This document shows positions 45,432-55,313 of a stretch of DNA of 64,000 nt, one piece after another (the first letter of the stretch is position 1; every line of letters begins with the position of its first letter). A program made the position numbers and the translations under genes. The DNA comes from a virus, in the IMG/VR virus record IMGVR_UViG_3300034954_001721. One strand, given 5' to 3'. The notes under the pieces were generated by a model. That model was given only the letters and a program-made list of their open reading frames with translations. It did no database searches and was not told where the DNA came from.

Positions 45432-45499
45432 GGGTTGAGACACAACTCAACTGCGGTGACCTCCTTGGTAGTTCAGGGTTAGCGGCGATAGGAACTACC
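45432..45499 (+). ncRNA. unassigned structured RNA leader of tRNA-Pro
   Basis: gttgag/ctcaac hairpin; ggtagttc/gaactacc 8-bp stem; possible pseudoknot. Confidence 0.45.
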
Positions 45500-45503
45500 A
45501 CAA

Positions 45504-45577
45504 CGGGGTGTAGCGCAGTTTGGTAGCGCGGTGCTTTTGGGAAGCATAGGTCGCAGGTTCAAATCCTGTCTCCCCGA
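45504..45577 (+). tRNA. tRNA-Pro(UGG)
   Basis: Cloverleaf; anticodon TGG. Confidence 0.93.
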
Positions 45578-45600
45578 TCGCCAGATTCTTATCTGGCATC

Positions 45601-45629
45601 TTGACTATATAAAGTCAAAACCTTATAAT
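45601..45629 (+). promoter_or_regulatory. sigma70-type promoter
   Basis: TTGACT-17 nt-TATAAT. Confidence 0.8.
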
Positions 45630-45652
45630 ACAAGGGTAAACCAAACACAACA

Positions 45653-45871
45653 ATGGCACTGACTGAAAAATTCAAAAAAGACATTAGCACTCTTCGTGCT
45701 GCTGCGACTGGCGAAATTTTCCTTGATGTAAAGAATCCGAAACTTTTCAAAAAGGTACGCCGCTTCTACGAAAAAGAAGGAGTGGTGTTTTCAGGAGAAC
45801 CACTAGATGATTATGAAATGTTGATGGAACAGATTTACACTGATCTTGAAACTGTTGAGGTTACTCAATGA
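45653..45871 (+). CDS. conserved hypothetical cyanophage protein
   Basis: LDVKNPKLFKKVRRFY...FSGEPLDDY. Confidence 0.7.
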   Translation: MALTEKFKKDISTLRAAATGEIFLDVKNPKLFKKVRRFYEKEGVVFSGEPLDDYEMLMEQIYTDLETVEVTQ

Positions 45872-46131
45872 GTATTATGAAAAAACCAACTGTTCTTTTT
45901 GAGCGGTTTCCTTATCGTTATGTTGAGTGTGGCACATTGGAAATCAACGGTATGCCAGACTATCGTATTCAAAAAGCAAATGAGTATACCAAGCGTTACT
46001 CCGACATGTATCTTCTAGACAATCAGATGCAACTTTTGACTGCTATAGAAGACTTTGAATACACTAAATGGTTGGACCCTGAAGGTGTTCCTGCCTATAT
46101 CAAAGACACAGTATCTTCAACTCACAATTGA
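45868..46131 (+). CDS. conserved hypothetical cyanophage protein
   Basis: ERFPYRYV...YRIQK...DMYLLDN. Confidence 0.7.
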   Translation: MSIMKKPTVLFERFPYRYVECGTLEINGMPDYRIQKANEYTKRYSDMYLLDNQMQLLTAIEDFEYTKWLDPEGVPAYIKDTVSSTHN

Positions 46132-46697
46132 TGGTAACAGATATACAGAAAATTCATGAACGTCAGAGTATCATCGTAATTGATGATTACTTATCAAAAT
46201 CTGAGTTGGAAAAATTTCAAAAGTATTTCTACGAAAAAGTTGGAGATGTTTTTGGCAACAAGATGGAGAAACCTTCAAGTCGTCAATGGTTTGATTGTTG
46301 GGACGAACATAAATTTTCTGATATTTGTAAGGACTTATTTTTACTTAGTTCACAATATTTTGATACTTCCAAATGTATTGGATATGAGTTCTGGGTAAGA
46401 AAGAATAGTAGACCAGATTCTTGGCATTTTGATATTGATGAAAAAGCAGAAGAACTTGGTAAAACATCATATCCTGTATGTACTATAATCTTTTATCCAG
46501 AAGTCAGTCATTTAAATGGTGGTCGCATTCACATTGAAGATACTATCATTACACCTAAAACAAACAGGGTAATTATTTTCTCTGCAAATGTCGAACACTT
46601 TGTTGAAGAGTTTACTGGTAAAAGATGTGGTATACTAATTCTTCCTAGAGAAATATCTCTAATTAAGAAGGAGATATTTATTGAAGACTGTGATTAG
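46131..46697 (+). CDS. 2OG-Fe(II) oxygenase
   Basis: WHFDIDE (HxD), GG, PKTNRVIIF, H...R. Confidence 0.8.
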   Translation: MVTDIQKIHERQSIIVIDDYLSKSELEKFQKYFYEKVGDVFGNKMEKPSSRQWFDCWDEHKFSDICKDLFLLSSQYFDTSKCIGYEFWVRKNSRPDSWHFDIDEKAEELGKTSYPVCTIIFYPEVSHLNGGRIHIEDTIITPKTNRVIIFSANVEHFVEEFTGKRCGILILPREISLIKKEIFIEDCD

Positions 46698-46750
46698 TCG
46701 CGGAGTGACTATAAACCTGCCCTGGTCGGTGAAGGATCCCCTTCAATCCC

Positions 46751-46897
46751 GAAGTTTCCTAGTTCTTAAAACTAGGTGGTGGAGTCATTAGACCCTCTTA
46801 GAGTTTCTTGTTTCTTTCAAAAGCAAGTGGTGCGGATGGGGTTTTATACTCCCGCTCTGTTTCTTGCTTCAGAACAAAGAGCAAGTGGCGTGCATGT
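46751..46897 (+). ncRNA. wcaG-like RNA motif (three tandem units)
   Basis: Three GTTTC-hairpin-GTGGYG units upstream of gmd/fcl(wcaG). wcaG RNAs are known from cyanophages in this context. Confidence 0.7.
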
Positions 46898-46908
46898 AAA
46901 GACCTAAT

Positions 46909-46936
46909 AGGATGGTTGCATAAACCGTCCTTTTTT
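46909..46936 (+). terminator. intrinsic terminator overlapping a promoter
   Basis: aggatggtt-gcata-aaccgtcct followed by a T-run. Confidence 0.75.
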
Positions 46937-46944
46937 AGTATAAT
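46916..46944 (+). promoter_or_regulatory. sigma70-type promoter for the glycan locus
   Basis: TTGCAT-17 nt-TATAAT. Confidence 0.65.
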
Positions 46945-46964
46945 AGTAAAAAGTATTATTGTAG

Positions 46965-47966
46965 ATGAAAGTTGCTTTAATTACAGGAATTACAGGACAA
47001 GACGGGTCATATTTGGCAGAACTTCTTCTTGAGAAAGGATATGAAGTTCATGGTATTGTTCGTCGTGCTTCTCTGATTAATACACATCGTATTGATCACA
47101 TCTACGATCAACTGCATCTTCACTATGGTGATTTGACTGATTCTACTAACCTTGTGAGGGTTATTCAGCAAGTTCAACCAGATGAAATCTATAACCTTGG
47201 TGCTCAGAGTCACGTCAAGGTATCTTTTGAGATGCCTGAATATACAGGACAGACTGATGCTTTGGGAACTCTTCGTGTTCTGGAAGCAGTTCGTCTTCTG
47301 GGTATGGAAGATAAAGTTCGTATCTATCAGGCATCTACCAGTGAACTCTATGGTCTGGTGCAAGAAATTCCTCAGAAAGAGACAACACCTTTTTATCCAC
47401 GTTCTCCATATGGTGTAGCAAAACTTTATGGTTATTGGATTATCAAGAACTATCGTGAAGCATATGGAATGCATTGTAGTTCTGGTATTCTCTTCAATCA
47501 CGAATCACCACGACGGGGCGAGACTTTTGTAACTCGTAAGATTACTCGCGGTCTGTCACAAATTTCTGTTGGTCTTCAAGACTGTCTGTATCTTGGTAAT
47601 CTTAATGCTAGGAGAGACTGGGGTCATGCAAAAGACTTTGTGGAAGCAATGTGGTTGATGCTCCAACAAGATGAACCTGATGATTATGTGATTGCCACTG
47701 GTGAGCAGTATTCTGTTCGGGACTTTGTTGATGCTGCTGCACCCATCTTTGGTATGAAGATTGAGTGGATGGGTGAAGGTCTCAATGAAGTTGGTTATGA
47801 TTGGAATACAAAGAGACCAGTCATTAAAGTAGACCCTAAATATTTCCGACCTACTGAGGTTGAAACTTTGTTAGGTGACGCCACAAAGGCGAAGGAAAAA
47901 CTGGGTTGGGAACCCAAGACTTCTTTTAAAGAATTAGTTGAGGATATGTGTATCTATGGACAGTGA
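46965..47966 (+). CDS. gmd: GDP-mannose 4,6-dehydratase
   Basis: [40 protein letters not shown]. Confidence 0.97.
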   Translation: MKVALITGITGQDGSYLAELLLEKGYEVHGIVRRASLINTHRIDHIYDQLHLHYGDLTDSTNLVRVIQQVQPDEIYNLGAQSHVKVSFEMPEYTGQTDALGTLRVLEAVRLLGMEDKVRIYQASTSELYGLVQEIPQKETTPFYPRSPYGVAKLYGYWIIKNYREAYGMHCSSGILFNHESPRRGETFVTRKITRGLSQISVGLQDCLYLGNLNARRDWGHAKDFVEAMWLMLQQDEPDDYVIATGEQYSVRDFVDAAAPIFGMKIEWMGEGLNEVGYDWNTKRPVIKVDPKYFRPTEVETLLGDATKAKEKLGWEPKTSFKELVEDMCIYGQ

Positions 47967-48912
47967 AAGTCGTGTATACGTCGCTGGTAACACAGGACTA
48001 GTAGGATCAGCAATTGTTCGTATGCTCCATCGGAAGGGGTATACAAACATCTTTTCAACTCCATCAAGTCATTTTGACTTGCGGCGACAAGATGATGTTG
48101 AAAGGTTTTTCAAGAATAACGAACCTGAATACGTCTACCTTGCTGCTGCGAAGGTTGGTGGTATTGGTGCAAACAAAGATTATCCTGGACATTTCATCTA
48201 TGATAATCTGATGATTCAGTCAAACATCATTCACGCTGCAAGAAAGTTTGGTGTTAAGAAACTCTTGTTCCTTGGGTCTTCCTGCATCTATCCAAAGATG
48301 TGCGAACAACCTATTAAAGAAGAGTATCTGATGACAGGTCCTCTGGAACCAACAAATGATGCCTATGCTATCGCTAAGATTGCTGGTATCAAAATGTGCC
48401 AGGCATATCGTAAGCAGTATGGATTCAATGCAATCTCTCTGATGCCTACGAATCTATATGGTCCTAATGATAACTTTGATCTTGAAACGTCACACGTTCT
48501 TCCTGCATTAATTCGTAAACTTGATGCTGGGAAATCTAATATTGGTCACGATCTTGGTGGTTCTTATCAGTATCCAGTAACCCTTTGGGGTGATGGTTCT
48601 CCGATGCGTGAGTTTCTTCACGTTGATGATTTAGCAGATGCTTGTTTTACTGCTATGTTGAATTATGATGGATCAGAACCTATTAATGTAGGAACTGGTG
48701 AAGATGTGACTATTAAAGAACTTGCGAACATTATTTCTAATGTTGTTGGATTCACTGGAGGTATTGATTGGGACACGTCAAAACCAAATGGTACACCACG
48801 TAAAGTTCTCAATGTGGATAAGATGAAGTCACTTGGTTGGCAACCTAAGATTAATCTTAAAGAAGGTATTAAATCAACTTACGAATGGTATAAAGATTAT
48901 GCTTGCAAATGA
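47956..48912 (+). CDS. fcl: GDP-L-fucose synthase
   Basis: [40 protein letters not shown]. Confidence 0.96.
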   Translation: MDSESRVYVAGNTGLVGSAIVRMLHRKGYTNIFSTPSSHFDLRRQDDVERFFKNNEPEYVYLAAAKVGGIGANKDYPGHFIYDNLMIQSNIIHAARKFGVKKLLFLGSSCIYPKMCEQPIKEEYLMTGPLEPTNDAYAIAKIAGIKMCQAYRKQYGFNAISLMPTNLYGPNDNFDLETSHVLPALIRKLDAGKSNIGHDLGGSYQYPVTLWGDGSPMREFLHVDDLADACFTAMLNYDGSEPINVGTGEDVTIKELANIISNVVGFTGGIDWDTSKPNGTPRKVLNVDKMKSLGWQPKINLKEGIKSTYEWYKDYACK

Positions 48913-49702
48913 TGATATTGGAAATCTAGGTAGACTTGGTAACCAAATGTTCCAGTACACTGCACTTCGTGGTGTTGCCGATAGACATGGATATGGTTAC
49001 TGTCTTCCACCTAGAGAGATTGTTGGTACTAGAGATTTGAATTGTTCAAACTCTGATATTAGTATCTTTGAATGCTTCAAACTTCCTGATGCTCCAAGAG
49101 GCGTATCTAATTATCCAAGGGTTCAAGAATCTTGTGGATTCAACTTTGATACAAATATTTGGAATGGATGTCCTGATAATGTATCTTTGTATGGATACTT
49201 TCAGTCTGAAAAATACTTCAAGCACATTGAACATGAGATTCGTGAGGCATTTACTTTTGCTGATGATTTCCGTGTTCCTACAGAGGAAGCATTTAAATCA
49301 AACTTTGGAGATACTGAAGTAATTGCTATTCACCTTCGACGTGGTGATTACTTGAAGTATCCTCATCATCCTGTTCAGGAACTTTCTTATTACCAAAAGG
49401 GACTTGCAGAACTTCCCTCTGATATTCCTGTTATGATTTTTTCTGATGGGATTGATTGGTGTAAAGAGCAAGAAGAATTCAAAGACGACAGATTTATTTT
49501 TGCTGAAGGCAACCACACTGGTGTTGACCTCTGCCTTATGTCTCTCTGCACATATCATGTAATTGGCAACTCTTCTTTCTCTTGGTGGGGTTCTTGGTTA
49601 GCAAAGAGTAAGAAGACTATTGCCCCTAGTGTTTGGTTTGCTGGACCTGATGCACATAAAGATCTTAGTGATCTGTATCTTCCTGAGTGGACAATAATAT
49701 GA
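48899..49702 (+). CDS. alpha-1,2-fucosyltransferase (GT11)
   Basis: GRLGNQMFQY, GYFQS, HLRRGDY, FSD, NSSFSWWG. Confidence 0.92.
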   Translation: MLANDDIGNLGRLGNQMFQYTALRGVADRHGYGYCLPPREIVGTRDLNCSNSDISIFECFKLPDAPRGVSNYPRVQESCGFNFDTNIWNGCPDNVSLYGYFQSEKYFKHIEHEIREAFTFADDFRVPTEEAFKSNFGDTEVIAIHLRRGDYLKYPHHPVQELSYYQKGLAELPSDIPVMIFSDGIDWCKEQEEFKDDRFIFAEGNHTGVDLCLMSLCTYHVIGNSSFSWWGSWLAKSKKTIAPSVWFAGPDAHKDLSDLYLPEWTII

Positions 49703-50433
49703 GAGTAGCAGTATTCATCTCTGGTAGACTCAAGTGCTACGAGCAGAGACTTTTACCTTTCCTAGAAAAGGTTGATTATGATGTTGACCTCTTTATCTCT
49801 ATCAATGGTCATAGAGATGCTTATCATAATCAGGCGATTGAAAAACTATCTAAGTGGTTGAAAGGAGACTATATCAATCCATATATTGTCCCTCAGGATT
49901 ATGTGGATATTTTTATCAATATGAATAGTGGTACTAATGAACCACTTCCGTATAATCAGATGTCTTGCTTCTACAATGATAGAAAGGCATTTGAACTTGC
50001 TACTGAATATGCTGATAGAAACGGATTTGAATATGATGCCTACATGAAGTATCGTGCAGATATTATTACTGACAGTTATCCTCATGTTCAAAAGAGTGAT
50101 GAATATAAGTTGTTCTCAGTAGTTCCACAGTGCAATCATCATTCTCCGATTATTGATAAGTCAAAACCAACTATTTACAATAAACCTGGAGATTGGAGAC
50201 TTCCCGATACTAGAATAGTTCCTTGGGTGTCAGATGCTATAATCTATGGTAATAGAAAGTCTATGGATTCCTATACAAAAACTTATGAATATTGTGTAGA
50301 AATGAATAAACTTTGGAACGGACTTTATCCGATTGCATTTGAACCGTCGGTTACTCAAAATGCCTATGATAAAGGTGTGGAGATAGAATATTTTTCTATG
50401 TCATACTCCCATGACCCTGGTCGCCATAACTAA
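49699..50433 (+). CDS. hypothetical GT-like protein
   Basis: VAVFISGR...YDAYMKYRAD...SDAIIYG; similar to 60059..60898. Confidence 0.6.
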   Translation: MRVAVFISGRLKCYEQRLLPFLEKVDYDVDLFISINGHRDAYHNQAIEKLSKWLKGDYINPYIVPQDYVDIFINMNSGTNEPLPYNQMSCFYNDRKAFELATEYADRNGFEYDAYMKYRADIITDSYPHVQKSDEYKLFSVVPQCNHHSPIIDKSKPTIYNKPGDWRLPDTRIVPWVSDAIIYGNRKSMDSYTKTYEYCVEMNKLWNGLYPIAFEPSVTQNAYDKGVEIEYFSMSYSHDPGRHN

Positions 50434-50453
50434 ATATCTAAAAAATATAATCA

Positions 50454-52004
50454 ATGAAAGTCGTTATTCCAATGTCTGGCATGAGCAGCAGGTTTGTTGC
50501 TGCTGGATATGAAATCCCAAAGTATCTGATAGAAATTGATGGTAAAAAAGTCATTGAACATATTGTTGAATTGTACCCAAAAGATTCTGACTTTGTTTTT
50601 ATTATCAATGATAAGCATGAGAAAGAAACCAATATTGTTGAAGTTTTAGAGGGTATTGCTGAAAACAAAGAGATTGTTACTATTCCTCGCCATAAGAAAG
50701 GTCCAGTATTTTCTGTATCTCAGTTTGAAGATTTGATTGATGATGATGAGGAAGTCATTGTTAATTACTGTGACTTCTCAATCTTTTGGGACTATAGGCA
50801 TTTCAAGGGATATGTTGATGATGTAGAATGTGATGGGTGTGTAATCTGTTATACGGGGTTCCATCCTCATATGTTGGGTAGTGATAACTATGCTTTCTGT
50901 CAGACTGATGATGAAAATAAAATTTTAGAGGTTAGGGAGAAGCAACCATTCACAGACGATAAGATGTCTGAGTTTGCTTCTGCTGGTAACTACTATTTTA
51001 GGAAAGGAAGTTATATCAAGAAATACTTTAAGCAGTTAATGGATGAAGATATTAATATCAACGGTGAATACTATGTGAGTCTGATTTATAATCTGATGGT
51101 TCAGGATAATCTGGACAATCGTGTTTATGAGGTCCCTTATATGTTGCAGTGGGGAACTCCTGGTGATCTTGATATTTACAACAGTTGGTCCAACTATTAT
51201 TGTAAAGCACTGGAGGGGCAGAAAGAAGTTAAGATAGAGAACTGTACACTTGCACTTCCTATGGCAGGTGCTGGTAGTCGTTTTGCCAAGCAGGGATATG
51301 CACATCCTAAACCATTTATTCCTGTGAATGGGAAGAATATGGTTGACCAGGCAGTTCGTTGTCTTCCCAAGACTGACAGAACCATCTATGCTTGTTTGAA
51401 GGGACATCAAGCACCTGGTGATGATGTTGTATGGATTGATGAGGTTCTAGAGGGTCAAGCTTGTACTACAGAAAAGATTGTAGAACAATGTGAGGATGGT
51501 TCAATTCTTGTATCTGCGTGTGATAATGGTGTCTTTTATGATGCAGATAAGTTCTTAGAGTTGGTAAATGATGAAAGTAATGATATAATAGTATGGACCT
51601 ATAGAAATAATTATACCAGTCAACTTCAACCAAATGCATATTCATGGGTAAACTGTGATGAAGATGGTAATGTTTCTAGTGTTGATGTAAAAGATTTCAA
51701 AGGAACTAATCCTGTAGAAGAGTTTGCAATTACAGGAACAATGTTCTTCCGATCAAGAGAAATTTTTGCACAGACTCTGAGTTCTCTTTATGATCATGAT
51801 GTAAGAACAAATGGTGAGTTCTATGTTGATAGTATGCTTAATGAAGCAATCAATATGGGATTCAAAGTAAAAAACTTTGAGATTGATAATTATATTTGTT
51901 GGGGAACACCTAACGATTTAAAGACTTATCAATACTGGCAAAGATTCTTTAATAAAGTTGATTGGCACGATTATTGTTATGCAGAAGACTACTTTACAAA
52001 ATAA
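50454..52004 (+). CDS. tandem double sugar-nucleotidyltransferase
   Basis: Two domains: IPMSGMSSRF..PK and LPMAGAGSRF..PKP, each with GEYYV/GEFYV and WGTP. Confidence 0.85.
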   Translation: MKVVIPMSGMSSRFVAAGYEIPKYLIEIDGKKVIEHIVELYPKDSDFVFIINDKHEKETNIVEVLEGIAENKEIVTIPRHKKGPVFSVSQFEDLIDDDEEVIVNYCDFSIFWDYRHFKGYVDDVECDGCVICYTGFHPHMLGSDNYAFCQTDDENKILEVREKQPFTDDKMSEFASAGNYYFRKGSYIKKYFKQLMDEDININGEYYVSLIYNLMVQDNLDNRVYEVPYMLQWGTPGDLDIYNSWSNYYCKALEGQKEVKIENCTLALPMAGAGSRFAKQGYAHPKPFIPVNGKNMVDQAVRCLPKTDRTIYACLKGHQAPGDDVVWIDEVLEGQACTTEKIVEQCEDGSILVSACDNGVFYDADKFLELVNDESNDIIVWTYRNNYTSQLQPNAYSWVNCDEDGNVSSVDVKDFKGTNPVEEFAITGTMFFRSREIFAQTLSSLYDHDVRTNGEFYVDSMLNEAINMGFKVKNFEIDNYICWGTPNDLKTYQYWQRFFNKVDWHDYCYAEDYFTK

Positions 52005-52821
52005 AGATATTGATGCTGTATTGATGCTGCATTGGGGATGGACTGATCTTCTCCAGCACGTTGGTATGGTTAGATATTATAAAGAACAATATAAATCTGT
52101 TTCTTTAGTTTGCTTACCTCATCAGAAAATATTTCTTGAGGCATTGTTTCCAGACTTTGAGTTAATTTTTGTTCCGTGTCCTGATAGGGGTCAAATTGAT
52201 TTGGAAGTTAGGAGATTATTTGATGATGATTACTTGTTCCTATTTGACGGTCATCAGTGCTCTCAAAATCTTACTCTTTCATTTGGTAGACAAAAATTCA
52301 AACCAAAAACTGAGATACAGCAAATGAACTGTGAGGCATATAGGAAGAGTGCCTTACATAGAATGCAAGAAATCAAAGATTTGGATGCCAATGATCCTAC
52401 TTTTGATGAAAGGATTGGTTTCTACACTTTGTCTGGTTTAGAACATTCTATTGCTTTTGACTATTTTGATATTGTTAGAGATAAGGAAAGTGAAGATGCA
52501 AAATATTCTGAATTAGTTTACTCTGAAGGACACTCTGTGGTTCATCATACTTATGGTATGGATATTTCAAAAGTCAAAGAACCACTAGTATATCTTAATG
52601 ACAACTCGCATAAAATTGTTGATATGATGAAAATCATTGAGAATGCAAATGAGGTTCATCTTTATGATAGTCTCTATGGAGTTCTCTGTTATTTTGCATA
52701 CTTCTCTGGTAAATTGAAAGGACCAAAGTTTTATTTCCACAAGTATGCTAGATTGAAGATACCTAAATTTTTCAATTATGAGTGGATGGAAAAATCTGAT
52801 GATTGGGTTATCTTAGAATGA
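51979..52821 (+). CDS. hypothetical GT-B-like protein
   Basis: GWTD at the N-terminus; IIENANEVHLYDS; similar to 55310..56092. Confidence 0.55.
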   Translation: MQKTTLQNKDIDAVLMLHWGWTDLLQHVGMVRYYKEQYKSVSLVCLPHQKIFLEALFPDFELIFVPCPDRGQIDLEVRRLFDDDYLFLFDGHQCSQNLTLSFGRQKFKPKTEIQQMNCEAYRKSALHRMQEIKDLDANDPTFDERIGFYTLSGLEHSIAFDYFDIVRDKESEDAKYSELVYSEGHSVVHHTYGMDISKVKEPLVYLNDNSHKIVDMMKIIENANEVHLYDSLYGVLCYFAYFSGKLKGPKFYFHKYARLKIPKFFNYEWMEKSDDWVILE

Positions 52822-53921
52822 AAAAAACCATATTACCTATTTCATACTGGGATTCTGGGCAGACAAGGAGAGTTGCACCTGTAGATGAAAATCATAGAAT
52901 ACTTGAAGTTGCTTATTTTGAACAGATAAGATTTGTAGGTCATTCAAAGCATTATCCACAACCTTTGATGTGGTCCACTAAAACAGAAAAACTTATTCTG
53001 CCAACAATTGAAAAATTTATGTCTCTTGACAGGGGAACTGTTTATGAAGAGACGATGGAATATGAGATGTGGACTCCCGTAAGATTCACTCAGTTTTGTG
53101 ATATTCCAGTATTTTATTTCGTCTATAATATGGCGAACTATTATCATTTCATTTACGATACTCTTCCATATCTTTATCATTTCTTCAACGAAAGAAAGAT
53201 TCATCCCAATCTAAAACTACTTGTCAGTCCACCTGAAGGTAGAGCAGATCTCTATCCATTTGTTTGGGAATGTTTGCTACTTTTAGGCATCACTCAGAAC
53301 GATGTGATATTTTTGAATCAAAATACCTTATATAATAAGGTCTGTGTAGGTTCTTCTCTCACTCATAATCGTCTTTCTAACTCACCACCACATAATAAGG
53401 TGTTTGAAGTTTTGAATCGCATGAAGGGTGAAAGTAAAGGACCAGAGAAGATTTATATTTCTCGCCGTACTTGGTTGCATAATAATCTAGAAAATATTGG
53501 AACAAATTACACAGAACGCAGACGTTGTGTGAATGAAGATGAGGTGGCAGAACTTTTTATCTCTCAGGGATTTGAAGAAGTGTTTTGTGAAAACTTGTCA
53601 ATGAGAGAAAAGATTGCTATGTTTAGTAACGCTAAAGTCATAGCAGGTCCAATCGGTGGAGGTATGTGTAATGTAATCTTTTCTCCACCAGAGACAAATG
53701 TAATCTCAATTAACAGTCCAAAGTTTTTTGATGTTAATAGTAGATTTGAATACTCAATGTCTCATACTAATCTACATCACTTTGACCACACAGAGTTTGT
53801 TGATGAGATTGAAGAGAGTGTAGAAAGCAAAGGATCACTTTCTATTTCTGGTGGATTAAATTCACCTTGGAAAGTAAATATAGATAAACTGACCAAATTC
53901 TTAAAAGCATGTCTGACTTGA
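52818..53921 (+). CDS. glycosyltransferase family 61 (DUF563)
   Basis: NYYHFIYD.LP, KIYISRR, R..VNE, AKVIAGPIGGGMCN. Confidence 0.8.
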   Translation: MKKTILPISYWDSGQTRRVAPVDENHRILEVAYFEQIRFVGHSKHYPQPLMWSTKTEKLILPTIEKFMSLDRGTVYEETMEYEMWTPVRFTQFCDIPVFYFVYNMANYYHFIYDTLPYLYHFFNERKIHPNLKLLVSPPEGRADLYPFVWECLLLLGITQNDVIFLNQNTLYNKVCVGSSLTHNRLSNSPPHNKVFEVLNRMKGESKGPEKIYISRRTWLHNNLENIGTNYTERRRCVNEDEVAELFISQGFEEVFCENLSMREKIAMFSNAKVIAGPIGGGMCNVIFSPPETNVISINSPKFFDVNSRFEYSMSHTNLHHFDHTEFVDEIEESVESKGSLSISGGLNSPWKVNIDKLTKFLKACLT

Positions 53922-54568
53922 TTGAACTGGCACGGACGGTAAGTCCATATACTATTGTTGGGGAGGGGAATGTATCCAAAAGAACTAAAGATGGATTTGT
54001 TGTAAAGGCAAGTGGTGCAGATTTAAAATCCATGAATGATGAGGATTTAGTTCCTTGTAATTTTGATGGTGAACAGATTGGTAACTTTGATAGAGTTCCT
54101 AGTATTGAAGTTTGTTTTCATGCTTGGTTTATGGAAAAATTTCCATTAGTGAATTACGTAGCTCATACACATCCTGTAGAAACTAATAAAATTTTATGCT
54201 CCCATGATGTCTTCACATTTGCTACGACTAGATTATTTCCTGATCAAATTGTAAGGAATGGCGCAAAATCTTGTGTTGTTCCATACGCAACACCAGGTGC
54301 TCCATTAATGAAAGAGATTGAAAATTCTGTTTATCATCATATAAATTTTGAAGGATACTTTCCAAAATTGATTCTGCTGCAGAATCATGGTATAATTGTT
54401 GCATCTGCATCTATAAAGGAATGTATTGCTTCTACAATGATGTGTGAAAAGTCTGCTGAAATTTATATTGGTGCTAAGTCACTAAGTATGAAGTGTTTAA
54501 CTAAAGAAAATGTTATGGAAATTGACACATGTCCAAAGGAAGAATATCGGAGAAAGATTTTAAAATGA
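53909..54568 (+). CDS. class II aldolase/AraD-type sugar-phosphate epimerase family protein
   Basis: GEGNVS, PSIE..FH, AHTHP, LLQNHG. Confidence 0.85.
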   Translation: MSDLIELARTVSPYTIVGEGNVSKRTKDGFVVKASGADLKSMNDEDLVPCNFDGEQIGNFDRVPSIEVCFHAWFMEKFPLVNYVAHTHPVETNKILCSHDVFTFATTRLFPDQIVRNGAKSCVVPYATPGAPLMKEIENSVYHHINFEGYFPKLILLQNHGIIVASASIKECIASTMMCEKSAEIYIGAKSLSMKCLTKENVMEIDTCPKEEYRRKILK

Positions 54569-54876
54569 AAGTCATTTATGTAGATATTGATGAAACTATT
54601 TGTCACCGTGAAACATCAGTAGACTTTGGTACTACACACGATTATACAAAAGCAAAACCAATTGTAGAGAATATTGAAAAAATCAATAAACTTTATGATC
54701 AGGGAAATACTATTGTGTATTGGACTGCTCGTGGTAGCAGGAAGCAAATTGATTGGACAAATCTGACGAGACAACAACTTGATGATTGGGGTGCTAAGTA
54801 TCACGAACTTAGAGTTGATAAACCTTTTTATGATTTGTTTATTGAAGACAAATCACTTCGCATTGAGGAAGTATGA
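54565..54876 (+). CDS. small HAD phosphatase (capsule-biosynthesis type)
   Basis: DIDET, WTARG, KP..DLFIED. Confidence 0.85.
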   Translation: MKVIYVDIDETICHRETSVDFGTTHDYTKAKPIVENIEKINKLYDQGNTIVYWTARGSRKQIDWTNLTRQQLDDWGAKYHELRVDKPFYDLFIEDKSLRIEEV

Positions 54877-55313
54877 AAATTATTTCTCATCGGGGAAACA
54901 TTCGTGGTCCCGTTCCTGGTAGGGAGAATGCTCCTAGTTACATTGATTGTGCCATTGGTAATGGGTACGATGTAGAAATTGATGTTCGCTCAGTGAATGG
55001 TGAATTGTGGTTAGGTCATGATGAACCTCAATATAAGATAACCTGGAACTGGATTTTTCATAGACAGTTTAATTTGTGGTTGCATTGTAAAAATCTTGAA
55101 GCAGCTAAAATGTGTCAAATTTTTCAATCTTTTTGTCATGAGGGGGATGCATTTACATTTACTTCGAAAAAGATGATTTGGTTGCATGATCTTTCTCAAA
55201 CAGTTGATGACAAAACAGTCATTCCTCTTCTATCAAAAGAGGATTTAGAACAACAGTCTAATCTCATTCAAGATTGTTATGGAGTTTGTACTGATTATCC
55301 TTCATTAATATGA
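54873..55313 (+). CDS. GDPD/PLC-like phosphodiesterase
   Basis: ISHRG, EN, EIDV, LGHD, WLHCKN, VCTD. Confidence 0.75.
   Translation: MKIISHRGNIRGPVPGRENAPSYIDCAIGNGYDVEIDVRSVNGELWLGHDEPQYKITWNWIFHRQFNLWLHCKNLEAAKMCQIFQSFCHEGDAFTFTSKKMIWLHDLSQTVDDKTVIPLLSKEDLEQQSNLIQDCYGVCTDYPSLI

Noticed and set aside
45432-45499. HDV-like/theta ribozyme next to a tRNA
   Set aside because: No P3/L3 element between the stems, and it lies 5' rather than 3' of the tRNA; kept only as an unassigned RNA.
46751-46897. Mini-CRISPR array
   Set aside because: Units vary while keeping their pairing, spacers are short and structured, and no cas genes are present.
46808-47032. 74-aa ORF upstream of gmd
   Set aside because: Overlaps the structured RNA, terminator and promoter; TTG start; no protein features.
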